64,000 nucleotides of DNA from Limnochordia bacterium (GTDB lineage: Bacteria; Bacillota; Limnochordia; DTU080), in contig JBMNJG010000016.1 in assembly GCA_050951545.1 (NCBI GenBank), positions 32,001 to 96,000 of the forward strand, in the 5' to 3' direction. A model generated the notes under the pieces. It was not told the DNA's origin. It ran no database searches and worked only from the letters and a program-made list of their open reading frames with translations. The translations under genes were made by a program, and so were the position numbers. Position 1 is the first letter of the stretch; the number at the start of each line of letters is the position of its first letter. This document shows positions 55,304 through 64,000 of this stretch, one piece after another.

Positions 55304-56068
55304 CTATCTTCCTGACTGCATATATGAGCACAGATCAACAAGCGAGCACCGTGGGTTACACGCCTCTGACGAGAGACACTTGTATCGTCCTAGGCGATAC
55401 AGACACGTAGTATCACCGTCAAAGACCCTGTCCACCACACTCTGTATCTCTTCTTTGACAACCGCCCAAGCCTTGGTACCATCCACCAGTCCCAGGCGCA
55501 CTAGGGCCCGTCTCACATGCGCGTCGCAATAAAGCGTCTCACTTCTGCTCAGACTAGTCCACAGGCCAGCCTCATGCATACAGCGGCACACCCACCGGGC
55601 TCGGGTATGGATCTGTCGGAACTCCTGGAGAGCCTGCACGACCTCCCTGGAAGCATAAGACTGCTCATACAGCCGATTCAGGTCACCGCCGTACACATCG
55701 TGCAGTCTTTGGGCATTCTCATAAAGAGCCATTGCCTTTTTTCCACGGTCGACGATCCCCCGATACTCTGCACCCAGCACTTCACCAAGTCGATGCATGT
55801 CCTGCTCCCGCATCTGCAACATGCGCCCGAGATCAAGCAGCCCATTCTGACGAAGCGCTTCACAGGTTGTCTCAGCAACGGCTTCACTCACCCGGGCCGC
55901 CAAAAGAACGCCCAAGACCAGCAGCTCCCACCGCCCCTGCGAATTTGTCAGGTCAATCTGCACCTGTAGCCCTTGAAAGAGACCAGGTGTCTCCAATCCC
56001 TGTACCAAGCCACACACGCGCTCTGCCAGGCTCTCAGTGGCACCAGCTCCAATTTCCAGGTTCGCCAT
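55304..56068 (-). CDS. Divergent HhH-GPD/endonuclease III-like protein
   Basis: WELLVLGVLLAA, DAHVRRALVRLG and a C-terminal four-Cys cluster. Confidence 0.6.
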   Translation of the reverse strand: MANLEIGAGATESLAERVCGLVQGLETPGLFQGLQVQIDLTNSQGRWELLVLGVLLAARVSEAVAETTCEALRQNGLLDLGRMLQMREQDMHRLGEVLGAEYRGIVDRGKKAMALYENAQRLHDVYGGDLNRLYEQSYASREVVQALQEFRQIHTRARWVCRCMHEAGLWTSLSRSETLYCDAHVRRALVRLGLVDGTKAWAVVKEEIQSVVDRVFDGDTTCLYRLGRYKCLSSEACNPRCSLVDLCSYMQSGR

Positions 56069-56212
56069 GCTACAGCCCCCCATAACAAAACACCAGTTGG
56101 CTCACGAGCCAGCTGGTGCCTAAGGAAAGGGCTTTTCCACCCTAAGTATACCACCGACAATGTGGAGGCGCAAGCGATTTGGCTGGCCACCTGTCAAGGC
56201 GGTTGATGGGCC

Positions 56213-56983
56213 TTACTTCTTCAGGAACAACCTCTCTGCGTTCTCACTGGTCTGAGCCGCCACATACCGCGGGCTCTTTCCATGAAGCTGCGCCAAAGCT
56301 TCAGCCACCTTCGGCACGAACGCTGGCTCGTTACGCCGCCCTCGGAAAGGCGTCGGTGCCAGATACGGTGCATCGGTCTCAAGCAGAATGTGCTCGAGCG
56401 AGATCGTCTTGAGCACCGCTCGAAGCTCGTGCGCATTGCCAAAGGTGATCGGGCCACCGACTCCCAAGAACAATCCGTGATCCAAGGCCTGCTGCGCTAC
56501 ATCCAGGCTACTCCAGAAACAATGCATCACTCCCGAGAGGGGAGCGAAGGCCGACAATTGCGCTAAGATGTCCGCATCGGCTTCCCGATTGTGCACCACT
56601 ACAGGCAACTCATGATCCCGAGCCAGCTGTAGTTGCGCCCGCATCGCCTCTTTTTGCATCTCCCTTGGGGAAAAGTCGTAGTGGTAGTCCAGGCCTATCT
56701 CGCCGACGGCCACTACCTCAGGGCTGGCGAGCAGCTCACGCAACCGCTGCTCCACCGCCGTACCCCAACCTACTGCCGCGTGAGGATGCACACCCGCGGT
56801 GGCCTTGAGAGTGGGGACCTTTGCCGCAAGCGCTGTAACAGCCTCAGACGAGGCCAGATCATCAGCCACATTGAGCATCCACTTCACCCCAGCATCGTGC
56901 GCAGCACGCACCACCTGCTCAAGGTCATCGGCAAAGGCCTCGCTGCACAGATGGGCGTGCGTGTCTACCAACTGGAGGCTCAC
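56213..56983 (-). CDS. tatD: TatD family DNase (YabD)
   Basis: DTHAH, GVHPH, GEIGLDY, HNRE and ETDAPYL motifs. Confidence 0.95.
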   Translation of the reverse strand: MSLQLVDTHAHLCSEAFADDLEQVVRAAHDAGVKWMLNVADDLASSEAVTALAAKVPTLKATAGVHPHAAVGWGTAVEQRLRELLASPEVVAVGEIGLDYHYDFSPREMQKEAMRAQLQLARDHELPVVVHNREADADILAQLSAFAPLSGVMHCFWSSLDVAQQALDHGLFLGVGGPITFGNAHELRAVLKTISLEHILLETDAPYLAPTPFRGRRNEPAFVPKVAEALAQLHGKSPRYVAAQTSENAERLFLKK

Positions 56984-58938
56984 CGCACCGTAGCTCCGGG
57001 AGCAATCTCCTCTGCCACCGTCACCACACCAAGCTTGCCTTCACCATCGACAGCAGCCAGAAGCATGCCCTCAGATAGCTCTCCCCGTAGCTTCGCTGGC
57101 TTGAGGTTGGCCACAACAACAATTCTCTTGCCAACCAATGCCTCGGGAGCGTAATGCTGAGCAATTCCGGCCACAATCTGTCGCTTCTCGTCGCCCAGAC
57201 TAACCTGCAGCTTCAGCAGCTTGTCAGCTCCGACAACCCGCTCAGCAGACTCCACCACAGCCAGCCGCAACTGGACCTTCGCGAACTCGTCTATCGTGAT
57301 AATGCCTTCGTTTTCCGGTTCAGCCGTTGCCACCTGATCATCCTTCCTCTCTTGCACTGCGCTTGCCCCAGCCTGGGGCTCTTCCTGTTCCTCTTGCGCC
57401 AGCACTTCGCTCAGATCGAGCCGTGGGAACAAGGGGTCACCCTTTGCTGTGCGTGTACCCGCCAGAATTCCTCCCCACGCCAGGTCTACATAGCCCTGCC
57501 GCTCCAAAGCAGTGAGCCCCAGCTGTCGCCAGATCTCCTTGCCCGATGCCGGCAAGAACGACGTGAGCATAAGCGCGATGATGCGCAACGCTTCACAGAC
57601 ATGATACATCACCGTATGGAGACGCTCGCGCGTAGAAGCCTCCTTGGCTAAGCTCCAGGGCTCGGTCTCGTCGATATACTTGTTTACGCCGCCGACCAGA
57701 CGCCATAGCTCCACCAAGGCGACGTTTACTTCGAGCTTCTGTAGATGCCGATCGACGCCATCGACGACTTCCGCAGCAAGCTGCTGAAACCGCAGATCGA
57801 TAGGTTCAGGTGCCCCTGGTTGAGGCACTACCCCATCGCAGAAACGCTCGAGCATCGAAAGACTACGATGCAGAGCGTTGCCAAGGTCGTTTGCGAGGTC
57901 CGCGTTGATCCGCTCTGCGAGGGCTCGGCGTGCATACTTGGCATCCTGTCCGAAGGGCACCTCCCGTAGCAGGAAATAGCGGATAGCATCCGTACCGAAC
58001 TCGTCGATAAGAGCGTTGGGATCGACCACGTTCCCCTTGGACTTAGACATTTTCCCTGAATCGACTAGCAGCCACCCATGGCCATACACTTGCTTGGGAA
58101 GTGGCAGACCAAGAGCCATGAGCAGAGTGGGCCAAATTATGGAATGGAAGCGCAGGATATCCTTCCCCACCACATGTACATCCGCTGGCCACCAAGCTCT
58201 GAATCGAGCCTCGTCCGCAGGATAACCAATGGCGGTAAGGTAATTCGACAGGGCATCGATCCAGACGTAAATCACGTGTTCCGGATCAAAAGGTACTGGT
58301 ATGCCCCAATCGAAGCTTGTGCGTGATACGCATAAGTCCTCAAGGCCCTGCCGGATGAAGCTTACCATTTCGTTACGGCGAGTAGCTGGCTGGATGAACT
58401 CCGGGTGTGCCTCGATATGAGCCAGCAACCGCGGCCCATACGCCGACATCCGGAAAAAGTAGCTCTCTTCCGTCACCCATTCCACGGGTCTGCCGCAGTC
58501 AGGACAATTGCCGTCTACCAGGCGATTCTCCACACAGAAAGTCTCGCACGGGGTACAATACCAGCCCTCATACTTGGAGCTGTAAATGTCGCCCTGCTCG
58601 TAAAGCTGACGAAAGATCGCCTGTACCACCTGCGTATGACGGGGTTCGGTGGTACGGATGAAGTCATCGTAGGAGACCCCCAGCCGCTTCCATAGCGCTT
58701 GAAAGGTAGCCACGATCGCATCAACATACTCCTTGGGGTCCTTACCTTGCACAGCGGCAGCGCGTTCGATCTTTTGCCCATGCTCATCAGAACCCGTAAG
58801 AAAAAACACTTTCTCTCCTTTGAACCTGTGCCAGCGAGCCAGGGCATCACAGTACACAGTGGTATACGCATGCCCGATATGCAGTACATCGCTGGGATAG
58901 TAAATAGGCGTTGTGATGTAGAATCTGCCTTCTGCCAC
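56980..58938 (-). CDS. metG: Methionine--tRNA ligase
   Basis: YITTPIYY, HIGH, KMSKS and a C-terminal tRNA-binding domain; GTG start after AGGAG. Confidence 0.98.
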   Translation of the reverse strand: MAEGRFYITTPIYYPSDVLHIGHAYTTVYCDALARWHRFKGEKVFFLTGSDEHGQKIERAAAVQGKDPKEYVDAIVATFQALWKRLGVSYDDFIRTTEPRHTQVVQAIFRQLYEQGDIYSSKYEGWYCTPCETFCVENRLVDGNCPDCGRPVEWVTEESYFFRMSAYGPRLLAHIEAHPEFIQPATRRNEMVSFIRQGLEDLCVSRTSFDWGIPVPFDPEHVIYVWIDALSNYLTAIGYPADEARFRAWWPADVHVVGKDILRFHSIIWPTLLMALGLPLPKQVYGHGWLLVDSGKMSKSKGNVVDPNALIDEFGTDAIRYFLLREVPFGQDAKYARRALAERINADLANDLGNALHRSLSMLERFCDGVVPQPGAPEPIDLRFQQLAAEVVDGVDRHLQKLEVNVALVELWRLVGGVNKYIDETEPWSLAKEASTRERLHTVMYHVCEALRIIALMLTSFLPASGKEIWRQLGLTALERQGYVDLAWGGILAGTRTAKGDPLFPRLDLSEVLAQEEQEEPQAGASAVQERKDDQVATAEPENEGIITIDEFAKVQLRLAVVESAERVVGADKLLKLQVSLGDEKRQIVAGIAQHYAPEALVGKRIVVVANLKPAKLRGELSEGMLLAAVDGEGKLGVVTVAEEIAPGATVR

Positions 58939-58961
58939 CAGCGGGCTCCTTTCTGCTGTGA

Positions 58962-59240
58962 AATACAAAAAACCTCTGTCCCCACAGGGACGAGAGGCCA
59001 TCTCGTGGTACCACCCTGATTCACTCGTCACCGAGCCTCATACTCAGGTACTCCCGCATGCACTGCGGTTCGTATACCCTGCGCTCTAACGGGCGCCTAC
59101 GCCCTTACCCTACACAGATCAGCTGATCCTTCAGGAGGGAGCTCTGGGGCCATGTTCACTAGCAGATCACGCGCCGGCTCACACCTGTCCCGGCTCTCTT
59201 GTAGCGTGCCTCTACCACTTACTCTTCCCCGTCATCGCCG
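58962..59240 (-). promoter_or_regulatory. T-box riboswitch (Met specifier) upstream of metG
   Basis: Minus strand AATCAGGGTGGTACCACG T-box; terminator CCTCTCGTCCC..GGGACAGAGGTTTTTT; stem I with a GAAC-ATG specifier. Confidence 0.92.
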
Positions 59241-59440
59241 AACCTTCCCCCACATCATAGTTTCCCCGCTGGCCCTCTGTCAAGCCATAGTGCAAGTTCA
59301 GGCAATCACCTCATACAATTCACAGGGAGCGCATGGGCGCCCGACCCTACGGGCGGCGGCCCGCCACGAGCTATGAAAAAGAAAGGCGTTCATGTCGATG
59401 TTACAGCGTAGAAGGGTCTTCAAAGAGGAGGCGATCGCGC

Positions 59441-59887
59441 ATGGGAACTGGTACCGCCGTACTCGTCATTATCCTGCTGGCTGGTCTGTTAGGTGGAAAC
59501 GATCTGGTCTCAGTGGCCTCAGGGCTCATGCTCGCCCTACAACTCGCGGATGTACCTGGCATGTTCGGCTTTCTTGAGACCTATGCAACGCAGCTCGGTA
59601 TTACGTTCCTCTTCATAGGACTGCTTCTCCCCTTCGCGACAGGACAAATGGGGCTAACCTTGGCTGCCAAGTCGATTCTCTGCACTCGGGGCGTCGTAGC
59701 CATTGCCATCGGTGCCCTGGGAGCCTATCTGGCTGCCGAGGGGGTCAGCTTGCTCAGTACCAGGCCCGAGACTATGGTAGGCATGGTGATCGGCTCTGTG
59801 CTAGGTGTCTCGTTCCTGGGCGGCATTCCTGCAGGACCCCTGGTAGCTGCTGGGCTCGCCGCTCTAGTCTACAAACTCGTGGAGTAA
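59441..59887 (+). CDS. DUF441 membrane protein
   Basis: GGIPAGPLVAAG C-terminal motif; hydrophobic throughout. Confidence 0.88.
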   Translation: MGTGTAVLVIILLAGLLGGNDLVSVASGLMLALQLADVPGMFGFLETYATQLGITFLFIGLLLPFATGQMGLTLAAKSILCTRGVVAIAIGALGAYLAAEGVSLLSTRPETMVGMVIGSVLGVSFLGGIPAGPLVAAGLAALVYKLVE

Positions 59888-59984
59888 AGACCACGATAAA
59901 CCCGTGCACACATTGACTGTCCTGGAAAACGCAACTATACTTGATCTGTCATAGCATACGGATTTAATCCAAATGAGGGAGCCC

Positions 59985-60311
59985 ATGGCAATGAAGACTA
60001 CGGGCATCGTACGCCGAATCGACGAACTAGGTCGCATCGTCCTTCCGATCGAACTGCGCCGCAACCTGCACATTGGTCAAAGGGATGCTTTGGAAATCCA
60101 CGTAGAAGGCGACAAGATTATCTTGCGGAAATGCGAGCAAGCGTGTGTCTTCTGCAGCAGTAAAAACAGCCTTCACGTGTTTCACGACAGGCCTGTCTGT
60201 GCATCGTGCTGGACGGAAATGAGCCAGACGAGCCTCCCAGAGAGCAGCTCAGCTTCCACGAAGGCTACGACCAATCCTGGCGCTTCGCCTCGCCAGACAG
60301 CGTCAAACTGA
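59985..60311 (+). CDS. abrB: AbrB-family transition-state regulator
   Basis: MKTTGIVRRIDELGRIVLPIELRR and a CVFC..VCASC tail. Confidence 0.92.
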   Translation: MAMKTTGIVRRIDELGRIVLPIELRRNLHIGQRDALEIHVEGDKIILRKCEQACVFCSSKNSLHVFHDRPVCASCWTEMSQTSLPESSSASTKATTNPGASPRQTASN

Positions 60312-61155
60312 TCTGGTAAACGAGACGTCGGGGCAAGCCAGTCTCTTTCACCACCGCACGCACGGCATCGGAGCGCGACAGCCCCTGCTGCACATACGTA
60401 CGTAGCAAAGCAGCAACCTCATCCTCAGACGCAGAGCTAGCCGTCCGGGTGAGAACCGCGGGGTCCTGGCCTGCAATCACAATCACGCACTCGCCTCGGG
60501 GTTGGCTAGTCTCAAAGTGGCTCATAAGCGAGCGCAAACTGCCCCGAACACACTCCTCATGCATCTTCGTCAGTTCGCGAGCAACCGCCGCGGGTCTGTC
60601 GCCCAATGAAGCGTGCAAATCCTCCAGCGTCCGCAGCAGACGATGCGGAGCTTCATAGAGCAGCATCGTCCGCCTTTCCATAGCCAACTCTTGCAGACGC
60701 TCTTGGCGCGCAGTGCCAGAGCGGGGGAGAAAGCCCTCAAACGCAAAGCGTTCACTGCCTAAGCCGGAGACCACCAGAGCGCTCACTGCGGCCGTTGGTC
60801 CGGGAACTGGTACCACCCGAATGTCCGCAGTAATAGCTGCTTGCACGAGCACCTGTCCCGGGTCTGAAATACCCGGCATCCCGCCGTCACTTACCAGAGC
60901 AATACTCTGACCTGCCTGCATTCTACGTATCAAGAGCGCACACCGAGATTGCTCGTTATGCTGATAGTAACTGATCATCGGCTTCTTGATACCCAACCTG
61001 GCGAGCAAACGGCCCGTGCGGCGTGTATCTTCAGCTGCGACGAGGTCGACCTCCTGCAAGATCCTGATTGCACGCTGGGAGATGTCCTCTACGTTACCCA
61101 AAGGTGTTCCTACAACATAGAGGACTCCAGGCTCTGTAGTCACCGCCAGGCTCAA
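60265..61155 (-). CDS. rsmI: 16S rRNA (cytidine1402-2'-O)-methyltransferase
   Basis: GTPLGN..D, AEDTR, SDGGMPGISDPG and RELTKMHEE motifs. Confidence 0.96.
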   Translation of the reverse strand: MSLAVTTEPGVLYVVGTPLGNVEDISQRAIRILQEVDLVAAEDTRRTGRLLARLGIKKPMISYYQHNEQSRCALLIRRMQAGQSIALVSDGGMPGISDPGQVLVQAAITADIRVVPVPGPTAAVSALVVSGLGSERFAFEGFLPRSGTARQERLQELAMERRTMLLYEAPHRLLRTLEDLHASLGDRPAAVARELTKMHEECVRGSLRSLMSHFETSQPRGECVIVIAGQDPAVLTRTASSASEDEVAALLRTYVQQGLSRSDAVRAVVKETGLPRRLVYQISLTLSGEAKRQDWS

Positions 61156-62174
61156 CTCCCTGCTGCGTCTTGTGTACGCTTCGGCCTACGCTTGCGCCAA
61201 CGGCGTCGCTTTCCAGAGCCTTTTCCCTTGGCACTGCCTTTTTTCGCGGGTGAAGTTGATGAAGGTGACTCCGGTCTAGGCCGCTCATTTGAGACCTCCG
61301 CATTACTAGCCACCCGCGGAGTCTCATTTCGCTGACTACACGCCTGCTTCACAGCATCAACAGCAGGCTGTGTTAGGCAGCCGCGTTCTAACTGGTCCCA
61401 GCCAACTGTGATCCGTGTGCCTTCGGGCAACTGGACTGCGGCATTCTCGCGCAGAAGGTTTACGGCGACAACTCGAGCCTCACCGTTGGGGGCGGATATC
61501 GTGTCGCCAAGCTTTGGCTGTCGCATACGCGCATCTTGATAAGCGTGCGCCTCATAGCGTAGACAGCATTTCAGACGCCCACACAATCCTGAGATCTTCC
61601 CAGGATTCATCGACAGCTCCTGCTCCTTGGCATGTCGAATAGAAACCGGAGAGAAGTCACCGATCCATGTTGTGCAACACAGGCAACGCCCACATACGCC
61701 CACTCCGCCTAGCATCTTGGCTTCGTCGCGGACCCCCACTTGCCTGAGCTCAATACGGGTATGCAGTCTGCCCGCGAGGTCTTTAACGAGCTCGCGAAAG
61801 TCGACACGCTGCTCAGAGGTGAAGAAAAACACCAGCTTGCTCTTGTCGAAAGCACATTCGACTCCGACTAGCTTCATCTCTAACCCGAGGGCTTCTATGC
61901 ACTTCTGAGCGATGGTGAAGGCCTCGGTTTCGCGTTCTCGATTGTCACGGGCCTGACACAGATCCTCCTCGGTGGCAGAACGCACCACTCTCTTGAGCGG
62001 CTGCGTGATCTCCTCTTCGACCACCAAGCGAGAACCGATCGCCACCTCCCCGAGCTCTGTGCCGCGCACGGTCTCCACGATCACATTGCTCCCAACTTCA
62101 ACCTGCTGACCATCCGGGCTGAAATAATAGATCTTACCTGCCTTCTTGAAGCGCACTCCAATGACTTCTATCAC
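61152..62174 (-). CDS. ricT: RicT/YaaT PSP1-domain protein
   Basis: GKIYYF, RVDFRELVKDL, CGRCLCC and SGLCGRLKCCL motifs. Confidence 0.94.
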   Translation of the reverse strand: MIEVIGVRFKKAGKIYYFSPDGQQVEVGSNVIVETVRGTELGEVAIGSRLVVEEEITQPLKRVVRSATEEDLCQARDNRERETEAFTIAQKCIEALGLEMKLVGVECAFDKSKLVFFFTSEQRVDFRELVKDLAGRLHTRIELRQVGVRDEAKMLGGVGVCGRCLCCTTWIGDFSPVSIRHAKEQELSMNPGKISGLCGRLKCCLRYEAHAYQDARMRQPKLGDTISAPNGEARVVAVNLLRENAAVQLPEGTRITVGWDQLERGCLTQPAVDAVKQACSQRNETPRVASNAEVSNERPRPESPSSTSPAKKGSAKGKGSGKRRRWRKRRPKRTQDAAGS

Positions 62175-63147
62175 AGGGTATTCCCCTTTGCATCTGCATT
62201 AGCATCACATCGAGCACCAGGCGTTTGTTCGCGTTACGCGACAAATGCCTCCTGGCCTCAGCAATGGCCACCAATGCCTGTTGGGCCGCGGCCTGCCACT
62301 CAGCGGCTTCCTCGTCGAGCAGCTGCATGGCGTCGATACTCGCCACTGATAGCTCTGAATCAAGGGACCGATGCCACACATCACGAAACCAGGCTGCCAT
62401 CATGTCCAGCCAACCGTGCAGGTCCTTTTCTGCTTCCAGTTCAGATGCGATAGGCCACACGGCCTTTAGCCTCTCACGACGCAAGGCCGTACACCATGAG
62501 GCTACGCGATCGCGCTGAGCTATGACGGTCTCAGGATCTAGCTCTAGCGCCAGCCCTGGCCTGCCCCCGCTCAAAGCAGCCAAGAGAGCAGCCTGCTTAG
62601 GGTCCAAACCGCGCTCAGCCTGAAGCCATGAGGCGATCACCGAGGCTGGCACCGGATGCATCCCTACAACCTGACAACGGGAGTGAATAGTAGGCAGGAT
62701 AGCGGCAGGTTGGTGAACGATAAGCATCATGACGCCGCTGCCTGGAGGTTCCTCCAAAACCTTGAGCATGCTGTTTTGTGCTTGCTCGGTCAGTGCCTCG
62801 GCATCATCGAGCACACAGACCTTGTAGCGTCCTTCATAGGGGCGCAGGGCAATCTGCGACTGCATGTCCCGCACCTGCTCAATGCGCAGACTAGAGCCAT
62901 TAGGCGTCAGCCAGTGGAGGTCCGGGTGATTGCCGCTATCCACTCTACGGCAGCCCCGACAGGCCTGACACGGAGCTTCCGTCGGTGAGTTTTCACAGAG
63001 GAGGGCCTGGGCAAACAGGCGCGCCAAGCGGGCCTTGCCGATACCCTTGACCCCCGAAAACATGTAGGCGTGCGCCACCTGCCCTGACGCCACAGCCGAG
63101 CGCAGAGAGTTCACCTCTGCCTTGTGACCAGCGATATCCCAAGGCAC
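62134..63147 (-). CDS. holB: DNA polymerase III subunit delta'
   Basis: HAYMFSG..GIGK, Zn module, HPD, LKVLEEPP and TIHSRC motifs. Confidence 0.94.
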   Translation of the reverse strand: MPWDIAGHKAEVNSLRSAVASGQVAHAYMFSGVKGIGKARLARLFAQALLCENSPTEAPCQACRGCRRVDSGNHPDLHWLTPNGSSLRIEQVRDMQSQIALRPYEGRYKVCVLDDAEALTEQAQNSMLKVLEEPPGSGVMMLIVHQPAAILPTIHSRCQVVGMHPVPASVIASWLQAERGLDPKQAALLAALSGGRPGLALELDPETVIAQRDRVASWCTALRRERLKAVWPIASELEAEKDLHGWLDMMAAWFRDVWHRSLDSELSVASIDAMQLLDEEAAEWQAAAQQALVAIAEARRHLSRNANKRLVLDVMLMQMQRGIPCDRSHWSALQEGR

Positions 63148-63284
63148 GACCTCGCCCCCTTGAAAATCGTGTTAGGCTGTGCAGGCGTATCGGAGGCTGC
63201 TCTGAGTGTTCGCCGTATGTGACAAAAGCTTGCTACCGGTGACGCCCACGTCATTGCCAGCATAGCAGAAGGCAGAACTGAGTG

Positions 63285-63953
63285 TCAATTAGCGCTCTGT
63301 TCCAGCCATGGCCACCGCTTCAGGCAGTTGGCCCAGATTGTAGCTGCGACGAACTCTCGCGACTCTCCGGCTACGCTCAGCAGCTGAATGCGGGGCGTCT
63401 CGCGCGCCAGAGCGAGATAGCCTTCATACACTCTCTGCTGAAAATCCAGGCCACGCTGCTCAATCTGGTCTAGCTCTCTTCCGCGCGAGTAGCACGCCTG
63501 AGGGGGAATAGCCAGCAAAAAGGTGATATCAGGAAGAAGACCCTGTATAGCCAGCTGGTTTATTTCCCGAACAACCTCGTCCGAGCGACCCGCGGCCCAG
63601 CCTTGGTAGGCAAGACTGGAGTCCACATACCTGTCGCAGACGACAATCGCCCCCCGTTCCAGTGCTGGCTTAATCACATGCTTCACGTGTTGGGCACGAT
63701 CCGCCGCCAGCAGGAGCACCTCCGCCTCCCAGGTAAGCGGCTCTTGCACAGCTGAACCAGAGCCAACCTGCACTCCGAGAAGCCAATGACGTACCGCCAG
63801 CCCCAGCTGTGTCCCACCCGGTTCGCGAGTCAGCACGACGTCATGCTTCAGAGCCTGCAATCGCGAGGCCAGTAGCTTGGCTTGCGTGGTTTTCCCCACG
63901 CCGTCGGGGCCCTCAAAGGAGACGAATAGACCTCTCAAGATGTCATCCTCCAA
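63285..63953 (-). CDS. tmk: Thymidylate kinase
   Basis: FEGPDGVGKTT, REPGGT and DRYVDSSLAYQG motifs. Confidence 0.97.
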   Translation of the reverse strand: MEDDILRGLFVSFEGPDGVGKTTQAKLLASRLQALKHDVVLTREPGGTQLGLAVRHWLLGVQVGSGSAVQEPLTWEAEVLLLAADRAQHVKHVIKPALERGAIVVCDRYVDSSLAYQGWAAGRSDEVVREINQLAIQGLLPDITFLLAIPPQACYSRGRELDQIEQRGLDFQQRVYEGYLALARETPRIQLLSVAGESREFVAATIWANCLKRWPWLEQSAN

Positions 63954-63968
63954 CCATAGACAAGCGAT

Positions 63969-64000
63969 TCAGGCCACCACAGTCACTGCCCCATCACCAG
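63969..64000 (-). CDS. Possible 3' end of the upstream gene (yaaO-like decarboxylase by synteny)
   Basis: ...GDGAVTVVA* just before tmk; identity inferred only from the usual Bacillota gene order. Confidence 0.3.
   Translation of the reverse strand, partial: GDGAVTVVA

Noticed and set aside
58939-59031. N-terminal extension of MetG in the ORF track
   Set aside because: It overlaps the T-box terminator; the true start is the GTG at 58938 with an AGGAG RBS.
60265-60311. Convergent 3' overlaps (abrB/rsmI here; EEP/glycerate kinase at 43755-43799)
   Set aside because: Short tail-to-tail overlaps of non-conserved C-termini are common and need no special explanation.

Overview
A GC-rich (roughly 58-60% by eye) chromosomal window from a Bacillota genome. 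Gene content (abrB, ricT, yetF, T-box, orphan sugar-binding proteins) fits a Limnochordia/Clostridia-like anaerobe; that placement is inference. Most of it is housekeeping: one rRNA operon (16S-23S-5S, minus strand), five tRNAs, lysS, greA, dusB, rpmE, rho, pyrG, speEB, ndk, purA, T-box-metG, tatD, abrB, rsmI, ricT, holB and tmk. It also holds hcp, an 11-kb MoxR/DUF58/vWA membrane cluster and an intact IS (15-bp TIRs, 9-bp TSD). Four things stand out. (1) A ~1.9-kb cassette at 45.9-47.8 kb: a tandem winged-helix plus PD-(D/E)xK (Vsr-like) nuclease gene bracketed by a 94-bp double-hairpin tandem array and a degenerate solo copy of the same repeat. It is a candidate undescribed nuclease/palindromic-repeat system. 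(2) Four 142-bp tandem repeats after the 5S gene, each with a terminator, an inverted 5S fragment and a duplicated 5S 3' end. (3) A three-gene operon with its own promoter and operator, encoding an acyl-ACP-reductase-like enzyme. (4) A CTP synthase whose GTP-activation motifs are substituted. Several small ORFs missed by the ORF track have good expression signals. All calls come from reading the sequence; no searches were run.
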